54,695 bases of DNA from an uncultured Planctomycetaceae bacterium. Lineage in GTDB: Bacteria > Planctomycetota > Phycisphaerae > UBA1845 > UTPLA1. Shown piece after piece: positions 36,501 through 46,370 of the stretch (position 1 is the first letter of the stretch; every line of letters begins with the position of its first letter). The translations under genes and the position numbers were made by a program. The stretch lies in NCBI GenBank assembly GCA_964520125.1, contig CAZFMS010000001.1:1-54695 (forward strand), read 5' to 3'. The notes beneath the pieces were generated by a model. That model was given only the letters and a program-made list of their open reading frames with translations. It did not search any database and had not been told where the DNA came from.

Positions 36501-36991
36501 AGCGTGATGCGACTTCCCGCACCGACTTAACCGCAAGGCGGCCCCGGTCGCTAACCCTCCGCCCTCACCTGGCGACCTGATCAGCGATGAAATACGCCCA
36601 GCGTGTTGCCGGCGGTCGGATGCGGAGATTGAAGGCCTGCTCCACCGGTCCAGCTCGGCTACGAGATGGGGGAGGCCGAAGTCGAAGTTTTGAGCGTCAT
36701 GATAGAGGGGTGTGCACATGCGGGTGCCGGGGACAGTCAATGCCCGGCGGCGTGCAGGGGCTGCGTTTCGGCAGCCGCAGAAAGGGTCTGGCATGCCCCG
36801 TAACCCACCGAAGAACTTCCGTCCGGCAACGAGCGTCTGGTTGTTGATTCTCGGGGCCGCCCCGCCCTTTGCCGCTGGGGTAGATCGCCGAACCTGCCGG
36901 GATGACGAAGATCCCATCAAGACCGTCAGGCCGGACACCTGGGCCACAGATTCGACATTGTCCCTCGAGTGGTTGCTGATTCATTGACGGG

Positions 36992-37792
36992 TTGGCGTCT
37001 CAGGTCTACGCTCACCTCATGGCCGCTCCCCCGTCCGACGACGCCGTCGATCCCAAGCTGAGGGAACGCCGGGAACGCGTCTTTCTGGTTCTCGCCGGCC
37101 TGTTCCTCGGCACCCTGGCGATGCTCAACATCCTGGGCATCTCCCGATTCATCGACCTCTCCTTTCAACTCGGCGGCGTGAGGATCCCCTTCATGATTGC
37201 CGTGGGGGTTCTGCCCTATCCGATCACCTTTCTGTGCACCGACTTCATCAGCGAGCTGTACGGCCGGCGCCGGGCCAGCCTGGTTGTCTGGGTGGGCCTG
37301 CTGTTGAACATCTGGGTGGTCTTTGTCCTCTGGCTGGGCGGAGCCCTGCCGCCCCACCTGCCCCTGGACCCGGCGACTGGCCAGCCGGCCCTCGATGCCG
37401 CCGGGCGGCTGCCGGTCTACTTCGAGGTCCAGAGGCTGGCCTTCGGGGCGGTGACCGCGTCGATGATCGCCTACCTCGCCGCCCAGTTTTGCGACGTCTA
37501 TCTGTTCCACTTCTGGAAGAAGCTTACCCACGGCCGACATCTCTGGCTGCGGAACAACGGCTCCACCCTGGTCAGCCAGCTTGTGGACACGGTTGCCGTG
37601 ATCTGCATAACCCACTTCTATGCCCGGGCCTTGCCGGTGAATCCGGACCGCCCAATCTGGCCGCAGCTCTTGACCTTCATCGCCTCGGGATACGTGTTCA
37701 AGATGGTTGCCGCGGCCCTGGATACTATTCCCTTCTACCTCGGGGTGCGGTATCTATCAGCCTACCTGCGAATCGACCCCCGGCGAGAGTAG
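36992..37792 (+). CDS. yhhQ: Queuosine-precursor transporter YhhQ (DUF165/VUT family)
   Basis: Polytopic protein with TDFISELYG and LRNNGSTLVSQLVDT. The TTG at 36992 or the ATG at 37019 are possible starts. Confidence 0.8.
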   Translation: MASQVYAHLMAAPPSDDAVDPKLRERRERVFLVLAGLFLGTLAMLNILGISRFIDLSFQLGGVRIPFMIAVGVLPYPITFLCTDFISELYGRRRASLVVWVGLLLNIWVVFVLWLGGALPPHLPLDPATGQPALDAAGRLPVYFEVQRLAFGAVTASMIAYLAAQFCDVYLFHFWKKLTHGRHLWLRNNGSTLVSQLVDTVAVICITHFYARALPVNPDRPIWPQLLTFIASGYVFKMVAAALDTIPFYLGVRYLSAYLRIDPRRE

Positions 37793-37937
37793 TCCCCGTA
37801 GCCGACGACTATACTGCCCTTGGCAATTGCGATGCGGTCTTGTACGGTGAAGTCTCACGGCTTGGCCTGCGTGAAACCGGCGTCTTTTCGCTGCGGTGGG
37901 CCCGCGTACTTTATCTGCTGCCGGGGTGGCATGCGGC

Positions 37938-40900
37938 ATGGTCTTACTGCACGGCATCTGGTGGCAATCGCGCTTCCACCTGTGGGGGGAGCGGACTCCA
38001 CACCTTGGCCCGACGGCATCTCCGGCCGGACCAGAGGAGTCGCCCGGAGGCCTCGGCCAGCCGATCCAACACCCGACCGCCCTCTCGGCCACCGAGTTGC
38101 ACGCCCACGTCGGGGAAATCTCACCCGACGGGCTGCTGGCTTCCATCGCCGATGAATCCGCCATCGACCTGTGGCTTCCCTGTGTCGACCAGGTCCCCCT
38201 GCCTTCCTTCGGATTCGACGGCCAATCCGGCCCCGACGACGCCACCCTGCGGTGCGTCCGGGCGGCGACGCTGGCCTTCTCCGCGGCCGACACCATCGAC
38301 TTGCTGGTCAGCCTGCCGGGCCGCTGGCTGGACACTTCCAGTGATTCGGTGCGCTATTGGCGTCGGCTGGCCGAGCTGGTCCTGTCCCTGCTGGCCCGGC
38401 AGCAGTTCGTGCCCGACATCGAAGAGTCGCCCGAGGGGAGTTTCTCCGCCAGGTGGCGCATCTTCATCCTCAGCCGCAAGGAGCTTGCCTGGCTGGAGCG
38501 TTACGCCACCGCCATGCCCCCGGTATGCCGCGCCGTGGTCACCGAGCACAGTGAGAAACTCGATCCCGCCCGCATCGTGGATGCCTTCCTGGTGCAGGCC
38601 GCCGACGCCGTCATTCGCCGCATCCTGGCCCATGATCCCTTCTTCGAGCAAATCCACGACCGGGCGGCAAGAGAAGGCAGCCGGGAGCTGTGCTGGCTCT
38701 CCGCTCTGGTGGGGGAACAGCCGGCGGTCCGCGGACCGGTGGAAGAGAATTCGGCGTTCACCGCCCAGGTCCGATCCTGGATCGGGCAACTCGAAGACGA
38801 GGCCGGAGACCTGCCCTCGGAGCTGAGCTTCATCCTGAACGAGCCGGAGGAACTCGCCCAAGAGGACGGCGGCACTGCACCGGTCCACGATGCCGACGCG
38901 TTGTGGTGCGTTCGATTTGGCTTGTGCACCCGAAGCGGCGGGCAACTGCTGGATCTCAGCACCGTCTGGGCCCAGGGTGAAGACCAGCCGACCGTCCTGG
39001 GCCGACACCTGATAAACCGCCGCCAACACCTCATGGCCGAGCTGAAGCGGGCTGCGGAGGTGTTCCCCGTGCTGACCACCGCCTTGGCCTCCGCGGCCCC
39101 CACCGAAGTCGAATTAACCACCAACCAGGCCCACTCCTTCCTGCACGAATGGGCCCCGCTGTTACGGGGGCAGGGTTTCGGCGTGACCCTGCCCGCCTGG
39201 GCCGAGCATCGAGAGCACCGCCTGGGATTGGAGCTGGTCGTTCGTCCCCAGCAGCCTTCTCCGGCCGGCGCCGACGTGGGCATTGCCTCCTTCGGCCTGA
39301 GCAGCATGTTGGAATTCGACTGGCAAGTGGCCATTGGCGGTCAGCCGCTGGCCACCGATGAGTTCGAGCGGATCGCCTCCCAGACCACGCCGCTGGTCAA
39401 GGTCCACGGGATTTGGGTCGACCTGGACCGCCAGGCGGCGGAAAAGGCCCTGTCCTTCCTGCGGAAACAACCCGGCGGAACCATGACCCTGGCCGAGGCC
39501 ATTCGCTTCGGCAGCGGGGCCGGCGATCTGGACGCCGGACTGCCCATCGTGGCCCTCAAGGGCACCTCCTGGATCGAGCGCTTCCTGTCCGACTCCGCCG
39601 ACGCCCGCATCGAAACCCTCGAACAGCCGCCGGAGTTCCGCGGCACCCTCCGCCCCTATCAACGCGCCGGCCTGAATTGGCTGGCCTTTCTGGACAGCCT
39701 GGGCATCGGGGCCTGCCTGGCCGACGACATGGGTCTGGGCAAGACCATCGAGCTGATCGCCCTCCTGCTGCACGAGCGGCGCGGCGAGGCGGTGGTCGGC
39801 CCCACCCTGCTGTTCGCCCCCATGTCGGTGGTGGGCAACTGGGAGCGAGAGATCCAGCGCTTCGGCCCCACCCTCCGCGTATTGGTGCATCACGGCCCGG
39901 ATCGCCTGAGCGGCACGGCCTTCACCGACGCCGCCCGGGAACACGACGTGGTGATCACCACCTTCGGACTGGCCCAACGCGACCTGAAGGACCTCCGCCG
40001 GGTGCAGTGGCATCGGATCGCCCTGGACGAGGCTCAGAAGATCAAGAACCCCAGCGCCAACCAGACCATCGCCATCCGCTCCCTGCCCAGCAAACACCGC
40101 GCCGCCCTGACCGGGACGCCCATCGAAAACCACCTCTCCGAACTCTGGTCGATCATGGAGATGCTCAACCCCGGCATGCTGGGCAGCGCCGCCTCCTTCC
40201 GCAAGCACTTCGCCATCCCCATCGAGAAGCTGGGCGATCAGCAGCGCGCCACCCAGCTCCGCCGCATGATCCAACCCTTCATCCTCCGCCGGCTGAAGAG
40301 CGATCCGGACATCGCCTGCGATCTGCCCGAGAAGATGGAGATGCGCGTCTACTGCAACCTGACCCCCGAACAGGCCTCCCACTACGAGAGGACGGTAAAC
40401 GCCCTGCTGGCCGAAGTGGACTCCACCAGCGGGATTCGCCGTCGAGGAATGATCCTGGCCACCCTGACCAGGCTCAAACAGGTCTGTAACCATCCCGCCC
40501 ACCTCCTGCGCGACTCCGGGCCCCTGGATCGGCGCAGCGGCAAGTGTGAGCGGCTGGTCGAGATGCTCGAGGAAGTCCTGGCCGAAGGCGACGAGGCACT
40601 GGTGTTTACCCAGTTTCGCGAGATGGGGGCCCTGCTGGTGCGCCTACTCACCACCCGACTGCGGATCGAGGTCCCCTTCCTCCACGGCGGGACCTCCGCC
40701 AAAGAACGCAACCGCATGGTCATGGACTTCCAGGACCCCAACAGCACGGTCCGCGTCTTCCTGCTGTCCCTCAAGGCCGGGGGCTTCGGACTCAATCTGA
40801 CCAAGGCCAACCACGTGTTCCACTTTGACCGCTGGTGGAATCCCGCGGTCGAAAACCAGGCTACCGACCGGGTCCATCGCATCGGCCAGACCCGCCGGGT

Positions 40901-41081
40901 TCAGGTCCACAAGTTCGTCTGCATCGGAACCATTGAGGATCGCATCGACCAGGTCCTCTCCGAAAAAGCCGCCCTGGCCGACCAAATCGTCGGCAGCGGC
41001 GACCAATGGCTGACCGGCCTCTCCAGCAACGAGCTGCGTGACTACCTGACCCTGTCGCGCGACGCGATCGCGGAGACGTAG
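37938..41081 (+). CDS. SNF2-family helicase with an N-terminal SNF2-associated region (HelZ-like)
   Basis: Start at MVLLHGIWW..RFHLWGE. The motifs are LADDMGLGKT, DEAQKIKN, LTGTPIEN, GGFGLNLT and WWNPAVENQATDRVHRIGQ. The track ORF begins at 37896. Confidence 0.9.
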   Translation: MVLLHGIWWQSRFHLWGERTPHLGPTASPAGPEESPGGLGQPIQHPTALSATELHAHVGEISPDGLLASIADESAIDLWLPCVDQVPLPSFGFDGQSGPDDATLRCVRAATLAFSAADTIDLLVSLPGRWLDTSSDSVRYWRRLAELVLSLLARQQFVPDIEESPEGSFSARWRIFILSRKELAWLERYATAMPPVCRAVVTEHSEKLDPARIVDAFLVQAADAVIRRILAHDPFFEQIHDRAAREGSRELCWLSALVGEQPAVRGPVEENSAFTAQVRSWIGQLEDEAGDLPSELSFILNEPEELAQEDGGTAPVHDADALWCVRFGLCTRSGGQLLDLSTVWAQGEDQPTVLGRHLINRRQHLMAELKRAAEVFPVLTTALASAAPTEVELTTNQAHSFLHEWAPLLRGQGFGVTLPAWAEHREHRLGLELVVRPQQPSPAGADVGIASFGLSSMLEFDWQVAIGGQPLATDEFERIASQTTPLVKVHGIWVDLDRQAAEKALSFLRKQPGGTMTLAEAIRFGSGAGDLDAGLPIVALKGTSWIERFLSDSADARIETLEQPPEFRGTLRPYQRAGLNWLAFLDSLGIGACLADDMGLGKTIELIALLLHERRGEAVVGPTLLFAPMSVVGNWEREIQRFGPTLRVLVHHGPDRLSGTAFTDAAREHDVVITTFGLAQRDLKDLRRVQWHRIALDEAQKIKNPSANQTIAIRSLPSKHRAALTGTPIENHLSELWSIMEMLNPGMLGSAASFRKHFAIPIEKLGDQQRATQLRRMIQPFILRRLKSDPDIACDLPEKMEMRVYCNLTPEQASHYERTVNALLAEVDSTSGIRRRGMILATLTRLKQVCNHPAHLLRDSGPLDRRSGKCERLVEMLEEVLAEGDEALVFTQFREMGALLVRLLTTRLRIEVPFLHGGTSAKERNRMVMDFQDPNSTVRVFLLSLKAGGFGLNLTKANHVFHFDRWWNPAVENQATDRVHRIGQTRRVQVHKFVCIGTIEDRIDQVLSEKAALADQIVGSGDQWLTGLSSNELRDYLTLSRDAIAET

Positions 41082-41088
41082 GGCAAAA

Positions 41089-41268
41089 GTCAAAACGTCG
41101 AAAAGTCGAAAAGTCGAAACGTCGAAACGTCAAGAAGTCGAAACGTCAAGAAGTCGAAACGTCAAGAAGTCGAAACGTCGAAAAGTCGAAAAGTCGAAAA
41201 GTCGAAACGTCAAAACATCGAATCGTCGAGAGGCCAAGATCGAAAGTCGAAGAACGAAATGTCGAAGG
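41089..41268 (+). repeat. Octanucleotide tandem array GTCGAAAM/GTCAAGAA, 18 units plus a degenerate tail
   Basis: The units were read consecutively from 41089 to 41232. A 16-bp higher-order unit GTCAAGAAGTCGAAAC occurs three times (41129..41176). The array begins 8 nt after the SNF2 stop. Its orientation is opposite to the arrays at 13151 and 15249. Confidence 0.85.
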
Positions 41269-41423
41269 CGCCCACGGGCGACGTTTAGCCGCGACCCGCA
41301 GGGGAGCGCGTTGTTCTTGCCAAGCCGGGGCTCCACTCTCGCCCTCGCAGCAGCAAAACACCTCAACCGCTCCCGTCGGCTGAGCAGCGACCTCGACCGT
41401 CCCTCGACGGCCTGGGAGGTAAC

Positions 41424-41723
41424 ATGACCGCCGGCAACAACCCCTCGATGCCCGATCCACACCGCGGCCCGCCCGCCGACCTGCCGCCCGACCCGGCCAG
41501 ATTCTGGTCGGCCGGCGTGGATCTGGACGATCTGGCCTCGCCCGACGCCGCCGCCACCACCCCGGCCCTGAAGAAACTCGGCCCCCTGCCCGTCTCCCAC
41601 AGCAGCTTCCCCCTATTGGGCTTCCTGGCCACCGTCTACGAGGAGATCGCCGCCCACGCCAAGCAGGCCGCCGCCGCCGATGCCGGCCCCACCGGCGAGA
41701 ACCCCGGCCCCGCCGGCGAATGA
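41424..41723 (+). CDS. Hypothetical 99-aa protein (possible C-terminal-domain homologue of SWIM-type helicase partners)
   Basis: GGGAGG lies 4 nt upstream of the ATG. The sequence DPARFWSAGVDLDDL...LKKLGPLPV...YEEIA recalls, from memory only, the C-terminal half of SWIM proteins encoded next to HelZ-like SNF2 genes. No CxC..CxH SWIM motif is present. Confidence 0.4.
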   Translation: MTAGNNPSMPDPHRGPPADLPPDPARFWSAGVDLDDLASPDAAATTPALKKLGPLPVSHSSFPLLGFLATVYEEIAAHAKQAAAADAGPTGENPGPAGE

Positions 41724-41839
41724 TAAGGGGGAATGCACCCTATACTCTCGAATCGCCTCTCGGAGCGACAATCGAGAAATAGCCCCACGTTTCATAAGAC
41801 TTTGCACGAAGCCGCCCATCTGACCGCACGTCCCCGGTA

Positions 41840-41960
41840 GCGAGAGCCAATAGCCGGCGGCGGGAGCCGCCGGTTCCGAATTCGGTAACCTCCCGACACC
41901 TCCCCGGCGGCAGATGTTTCGGAAGAAAGAACCCGAAACGACCCCAAGCTCAAACTCACC
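41840..41960 (+). repeat. 121-nt conserved intergenic element, copy 2
   Basis: Aligns by hand over its full length with 517..637. See copy 1. Confidence 0.6.
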
Positions 41961-42097
41961 GATGCGTTATGACTACGCCCGACAGAACTTCGTGCCAGAC
42001 TTCGTTCAATGCGGAGTGGCGGGTTGACCCACAGTTGCTCGACTCCCGCAGGGGCGGATGATCTCCGACCCGTCCCCGCCAGTGCGGCGCCGCGGCG

Positions 42098-42568
42098 TCA
42101 ATCCTTGGTCCCGATGTCGTCGGTGAAGGTGGTCAAGAGTAGCAGGTTTTCGTCCGCGTCGTGGTGTTCCACGTAGGACAGCAGGTCCTGGATCCGGCGG
42201 CAGATGTCGCGGATCAGGAGATGGTCTTCGCTGGTGAGCCGGTGTAGCTCCTGGTGGATCACGTCCAGGATGCGCTGCAGCTCTCCATGCTCATGGGCCA
42301 GGCGATAGACCTCGCCGGCCAGGGCCGGCTGATGATCGACCACCGGCACCATGTAGCCGTCGCGCTCTTCCAGGGCCATGTGTTTGATGTGGTGGGCCCG
42401 CAGATGCTCGAACGTCTCGCGTACTTCTTCGATCCACTTCTGCTGATTGGTCCGCGGGGCCGCCGCCACCTTGTCCTCCATCCGCGCGGAGATCTCCCGG
42501 ACCTTCTCATGTTCCTCGCGCAGCCAGCGGGCTAAGTGGCGGGCGTCCATGTCCTTGCCCTGGTCCAT
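42098..42568 (-). CDS. Hemerythrin-like (HHE cation-binding) domain protein
   Basis: His/Glu pairs are spaced as in hemerythrin-like domains: HLRAHHIKHMALEE, HEHGEL, EHHDADEN. Start at ATG 42568 after GGAAGAGAG. Confidence 0.6.
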   Translation of the reverse strand: MDQGKDMDARHLARWLREEHEKVREISARMEDKVAAAPRTNQQKWIEEVRETFEHLRAHHIKHMALEERDGYMVPVVDHQPALAGEVYRLAHEHGELQRILDVIHQELHRLTSEDHLLIRDICRRIQDLLSYVEHHDADENLLLLTTFTDDIGTKD

Positions 42569-42744
42569 TACTCTCTTCCGGCCTCTACAGGATGCCCCGC
42601 CCATCATCCACTGTCAATGATGGTCTCCCAGATTGTGGCTCCGCCCCGGCATTGCTCCTCAGACCACATTCTCGCCCCAATCGCCCCCCGCCTGACGCCC
42701 CAACGGGCCCCGAATAGCACAACCCCGCTCCTCCCCCAACCGAT

Positions 42745-43026
42745 ATGCCAACGCACCGTGATCGACTTGGAGACCTGGCCGTGCCCCGCCGGACGAAATC
42801 CAGATGGCTGTTTGCCGTGGGCCTGCTGCTGGGCTTCACCGGCGGCGTGGGGGCCATCTCGCTCTTGTGTTATGGGCACCGCGGCCGGCCGCCCTGGGGT
42901 CTCCAGGTCCCCGAGCATCCCAAGCGAGCCGCCTACCGCCGCCTGGGAGAGGCCCGCGATCGCTTCTACGCAGAGGTAGGACGACCACCAGCGGCCTACG
43001 CCGAGAACTCCCCAACATCTCCATAG
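42745..43026 (+). CDS. Hypothetical small membrane-anchored protein
   Basis: 93-aa ORF with one TM (WLFAVGLLLGFTGGVGAISLLCY) and GC-rich third positions. I see no clear Shine-Dalgarno. Confidence 0.3.
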   Translation: MPTHRDRLGDLAVPRRTKSRWLFAVGLLLGFTGGVGAISLLCYGHRGRPPWGLQVPEHPKRAAYRRLGEARDRFYAEVGRPPAAYAENSPTSP

Positions 43027-43247
43027 GGCATATACCGGATTACCCCAGCCAGCACCGTCCCGGCCGCCTGGCTGGCCGCCCCAATCCCACCTGCCGCGTA
43101 CCCATCCAGACCTCTGCCCCGCCCTGCGCACCACGTCCCCTCTGAACCGCTTGTAACGAAGGTAAGCCTCGATCCCTGCCGAAACGATAACAGCAGAGCG
43201 AGGCCAGCGACCTCTTGGCCACCTTCTCGGACCTCTGGAGCGCACTC

Positions 43248-44537
43248 ATGAGTCTTCAACGCCGCAAGGGCAAGGGTCCGCCTCGAAGCGCCGCCGCCGA
43301 CTACCAGGACGGTCTGGCGGCCTTTGAGCGCGGCCAATACCACGAGGCCGTCGAATACCTGTCGGCCATTGTCGATCAACCCAGCCTCCCCGGCACCCTG
43401 GCTCGCTTCTACCTGGGCCAGGCCCGCCTGCAACTGGGAGTCTCCGAGCTGAGGCTGGGGCGCCACGCCTCCGCGGCGGCCCATCTCACCGCCGCCCGCG
43501 AGATCAATCCCGGCTCGGTGGCCCTCTCCCGTTACCTGCTAGCCTGTCACGCCGGGCAGCGCCGTTTCGATCTGGCCATCCGGGAAATAGAACGCATCAA
43601 AGGCCGGGGGCAGGACGACGACGCCCTGCCGATCCGATTGGCCCACGCTCAGGCCCGCGACGGACAACACCAGGGCGCCGTCGAGACCCTGGAAGAAGCC
43701 ATCCGTGAGTCTACCGGACGGGCCGATCTCCGCTTTCAACTGGGCCTCTTGCACGCCGCCGCCGAAGACTTCGAACCCGCCGTGAAGGTGCTCGAGGAGG
43801 CCGTCGAGTTGGCCCCCCTCGATGCCGAGATTCGCCAGAACCTGGCCCTGGCCCTGGCCGCCGACGGATGCGCCCATCAGGCCGTCGAGCACCTGGCCGT
43901 TGCCCAAAAGCTCCAACCCCACGACGCCTACGTCGCCCTGTTGTTTTCCCTGGCCGTCAAGGCCGACCACGCCGCCGATGGCCCGAAACTCCAACTGGTC
44001 GTCGATCCGGCCCCGGCCGAAACGGCCCCCGCCGACCAGGAGGCCCTGGAGTGCCTGGGTAATCTCATCACCAAAGACCCCGACTTCGTCGAGGCCTTCT
44101 TGAGCCTGCCGGATTCCGACGTCGACTCCGAGATCTTCGCCATGCTGGCCGCCATCCTCGAGCGGGCCCTGGAGAAGCATCCCGACTACGCCGACCTCCA
44201 CCACCACTGTGCTCGGGTCTATACCCGTTTGGGCCGCATCGAATCGGCCATCACCGAGGAGAACCGGGCCCTGGAGATCAACCCGCGCTACGTGCAGGCC
44301 CTCATTCAGCTCGGCCGGTTGTATGTCCGGACCGACCGTTCCATCGAAGCCGTTCAACGCCTCCACACCGCCATCGACAACGGCGGCGACTACTCCGATG
44401 TGCATTTCATGCTCGGCGAACTGCATCGGGAAGACGGGCGCACTCCAGAGGCCCGTATCTCCTACCGCCGAGCCCTGGAATTGAACTCCGAATACACCAG
44501 CGCCCGACGCGCCCTGGAGGCCCTGGCCACCACCTAG
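43248..44537 (+). CDS. Tetratricopeptide repeat protein
   Basis: Repeated 34-aa TPR pattern (e.g. AVEHLAVAQKLQPHDAY, YRRALELNSEYTSA). ATG 43248 lies inside track ORF 43215..44537. Confidence 0.8.
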   Translation: MSLQRRKGKGPPRSAAADYQDGLAAFERGQYHEAVEYLSAIVDQPSLPGTLARFYLGQARLQLGVSELRLGRHASAAAHLTAAREINPGSVALSRYLLACHAGQRRFDLAIREIERIKGRGQDDDALPIRLAHAQARDGQHQGAVETLEEAIRESTGRADLRFQLGLLHAAAEDFEPAVKVLEEAVELAPLDAEIRQNLALALAADGCAHQAVEHLAVAQKLQPHDAYVALLFSLAVKADHAADGPKLQLVVDPAPAETAPADQEALECLGNLITKDPDFVEAFLSLPDSDVDSEIFAMLAAILERALEKHPDYADLHHHCARVYTRLGRIESAITEENRALEINPRYVQALIQLGRLYVRTDRSIEAVQRLHTAIDNGGDYSDVHFMLGELHREDGRTPEARISYRRALELNSEYTSARRALEALATT

Positions 44538-44551
44538 GGGGGGAAGACCCG

Positions 44552-46252
44552 ATGTCCTATCTTCTGGAAATCCTCGGCCGGGGTCTGATCGGCCAACTTG
44601 CCGGGGCCTTCGAGCCCATCCTCGGGAAAGACGGCGAGCAGCCCACCGAGGACCTCCGCCGGGCCGCCGAGGCGTGTCCCGACGATGTTGACGCCTGGAT
44701 CTGCCTCGCCGGGCGCTACCTCCGCAGCGAAGACCCCGTCGCCGCCCGCGGGGCCCTGCTCCACGTCCTGGAGTTGGAGAGCAACAACCTGGCCGCTCGT
44801 CTGGGCCTGGCCTGTGCGTTCGACGAACTCGGGCAGATCGATGTCTCCCTCGAACAACTGCGCATCGCCCAGAAGTCCGGGCCGGCCAGTCCGCCCATTC
44901 TCTTCTGCCTGGGATACTGCCACGAGCGCCTCGGCCACCAGGAAGAGGCCATCACCTATTACCAGGATGCCATCTCCCTTTGCCCCACCCTCCGCAACGC
45001 CCATGAGCGCCTGGCGGCGATCTTCCTCCAGCAGGACGACATCGACATCTCCATCCACCACTACACCGAACTCTGTCGCCTGGACCCCCAACAGACCGAC
45101 CTGCACCTGATGCTGGCCAATCTTCTCCTCCGGGCCGGCGACTACCAGGCGGCTATCGAACGATACGAGCACGCCCTCTCCCTGGAGCCCGACAACTGGA
45201 CCGCCCACAACGATCTGGTCAGCACCTATGAGCAGTCCGGCCTCTACCGCGAAGCGATCGAGCATCTCCATGAGATGGTCGAGAAGGAGCCCGAGTTCGC
45301 CGACACCCGCATCCGCCTGGGCGACCTCTACGCCCGAATCGGCAACGAGGCCGCGGCCACCGCCCAGTACGAGCGGGCCATTGAAATCTGCCCCGACTAT
45401 CTGGAAGCCAATGTCAAGCTCGGCACCCAGCACCTCCGGGCCGCCCGCCACCAGGAGGCCGCCCGGTGGTTCTCCTTCGCCCTGGAGATCAACGACCGCC
45501 TCCTGGCCGCCTACGTGGGCATCGGGGTCGCCCAACACGCCGACGGCCGGGAGAAAGAGGCCCTGGATTCTTTCGAGATGGCCCGAAACATCGAGCCCAA
45601 CAGCACCCTGCTCTTCGGCGAAGTTGCCCGGATGCAGCTCAAAGCCGCCGCCAGCGAGCAAGCCGAACGCTTCCTTCCGTCCATGGTCCCGGATGACGAG
45701 CAGCCCGCCGATTCACCGGAGCATCCGGCCGACCTGCTCTCCCAGCAGATCCGCCACCTGCGGACGGCCCTTTCCCAAGACCCCAACCACGCCGATCTGC
45801 ACTACCGCCTCGGACTGCTCTATCGCAACCGCGGTCAGATCGCCGACGCCATCACCGAATTCCAACACGCCGTGACCATCAATCCCAGTTACATGAAGGC
45901 CCTTATCAAGTTGGGCCTGGCCCTACAAGAAGACGGCCGGGTCGAAGAGGCCATCGACGTGCTCAAGCAGGCCACCGATCTCCACCCGGAGTACGCCGAC
46001 CTGCACTATCAGCTCGGGCTCCTGTTCTCCCAGCGGCACCAGTTCGAAATCTCCGTCGAGCATCTCGAGCAGGCCGTCGAGGCCAATCCGAGAAACGTCA
46101 GCTTCCAGGCCAACCTGGCCCTGGCCCTCCAGAACATGGGGTTGATCGACCGAGCCAGAGCCACCTGGCAGATCGTTCAGGAACTGGCCCCCGAATCCGC
46201 CCAGGCCGATCAGGCCCGTTCGGCATTGGCCCGAAACCGCGAGATCAAATGA
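44552..46252 (+). CDS. Tetratricopeptide repeat protein
   Basis: 566 aa with many TPR units (AITYYQDAISLCPTLRNA, AIERYEHALSLEPDNWTA, AITEFQHAVTINPSYMKA). GGGGGGAAG lies upstream of the ATG. Confidence 0.85.
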   Translation: MSYLLEILGRGLIGQLAGAFEPILGKDGEQPTEDLRRAAEACPDDVDAWICLAGRYLRSEDPVAARGALLHVLELESNNLAARLGLACAFDELGQIDVSLEQLRIAQKSGPASPPILFCLGYCHERLGHQEEAITYYQDAISLCPTLRNAHERLAAIFLQQDDIDISIHHYTELCRLDPQQTDLHLMLANLLLRAGDYQAAIERYEHALSLEPDNWTAHNDLVSTYEQSGLYREAIEHLHEMVEKEPEFADTRIRLGDLYARIGNEAAATAQYERAIEICPDYLEANVKLGTQHLRAARHQEAARWFSFALEINDRLLAAYVGIGVAQHADGREKEALDSFEMARNIEPNSTLLFGEVARMQLKAAASEQAERFLPSMVPDDEQPADSPEHPADLLSQQIRHLRTALSQDPNHADLHYRLGLLYRNRGQIADAITEFQHAVTINPSYMKALIKLGLALQEDGRVEEAIDVLKQATDLHPEYADLHYQLGLLFSQRHQFEISVEHLEQAVEANPRNVSFQANLALALQNMGLIDRARATWQIVQELAPESAQADQARSALARNREIK

Positions 46253-46370
46253 CCGCCGGCCAGCACCCGAGAACGATCGGCCGTGGACCAGATTCCCGCG
46301 CCGTCCGCCGATCGCCGGCCCGCACTGGAATCATCCGCGGTCGACCGCGGACTCCTCGGTAAGATTGACC

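Noticed and set aside
36850-36991. Possible preQ1 riboswitch upstream of yhhQ.
   Set aside because: There is no short P1 stem followed by the A-rich tail/ACUA pseudoknot signature. The region is GC-rich, with no recognisable preQ1-I/II/III features.
36992-41081. The YhhQ transporter next to the SNF2 helicase considered as part of a Dpd-like 7-deazaguanine DNA-modification or defence island.
   Set aside because: There are no tgt/dpdA-like, ParB-like or queCDE genes nearby. The helicase is of the HelZ type with its own usual partner context. The adjacency is most simply coincidental.
41089-41268. A tandem array considered as a CRISPR array.
   Set aside because: The period is 8 nt with no spacers, and there are no cas genes in the window. 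It is a microsatellite-type array.
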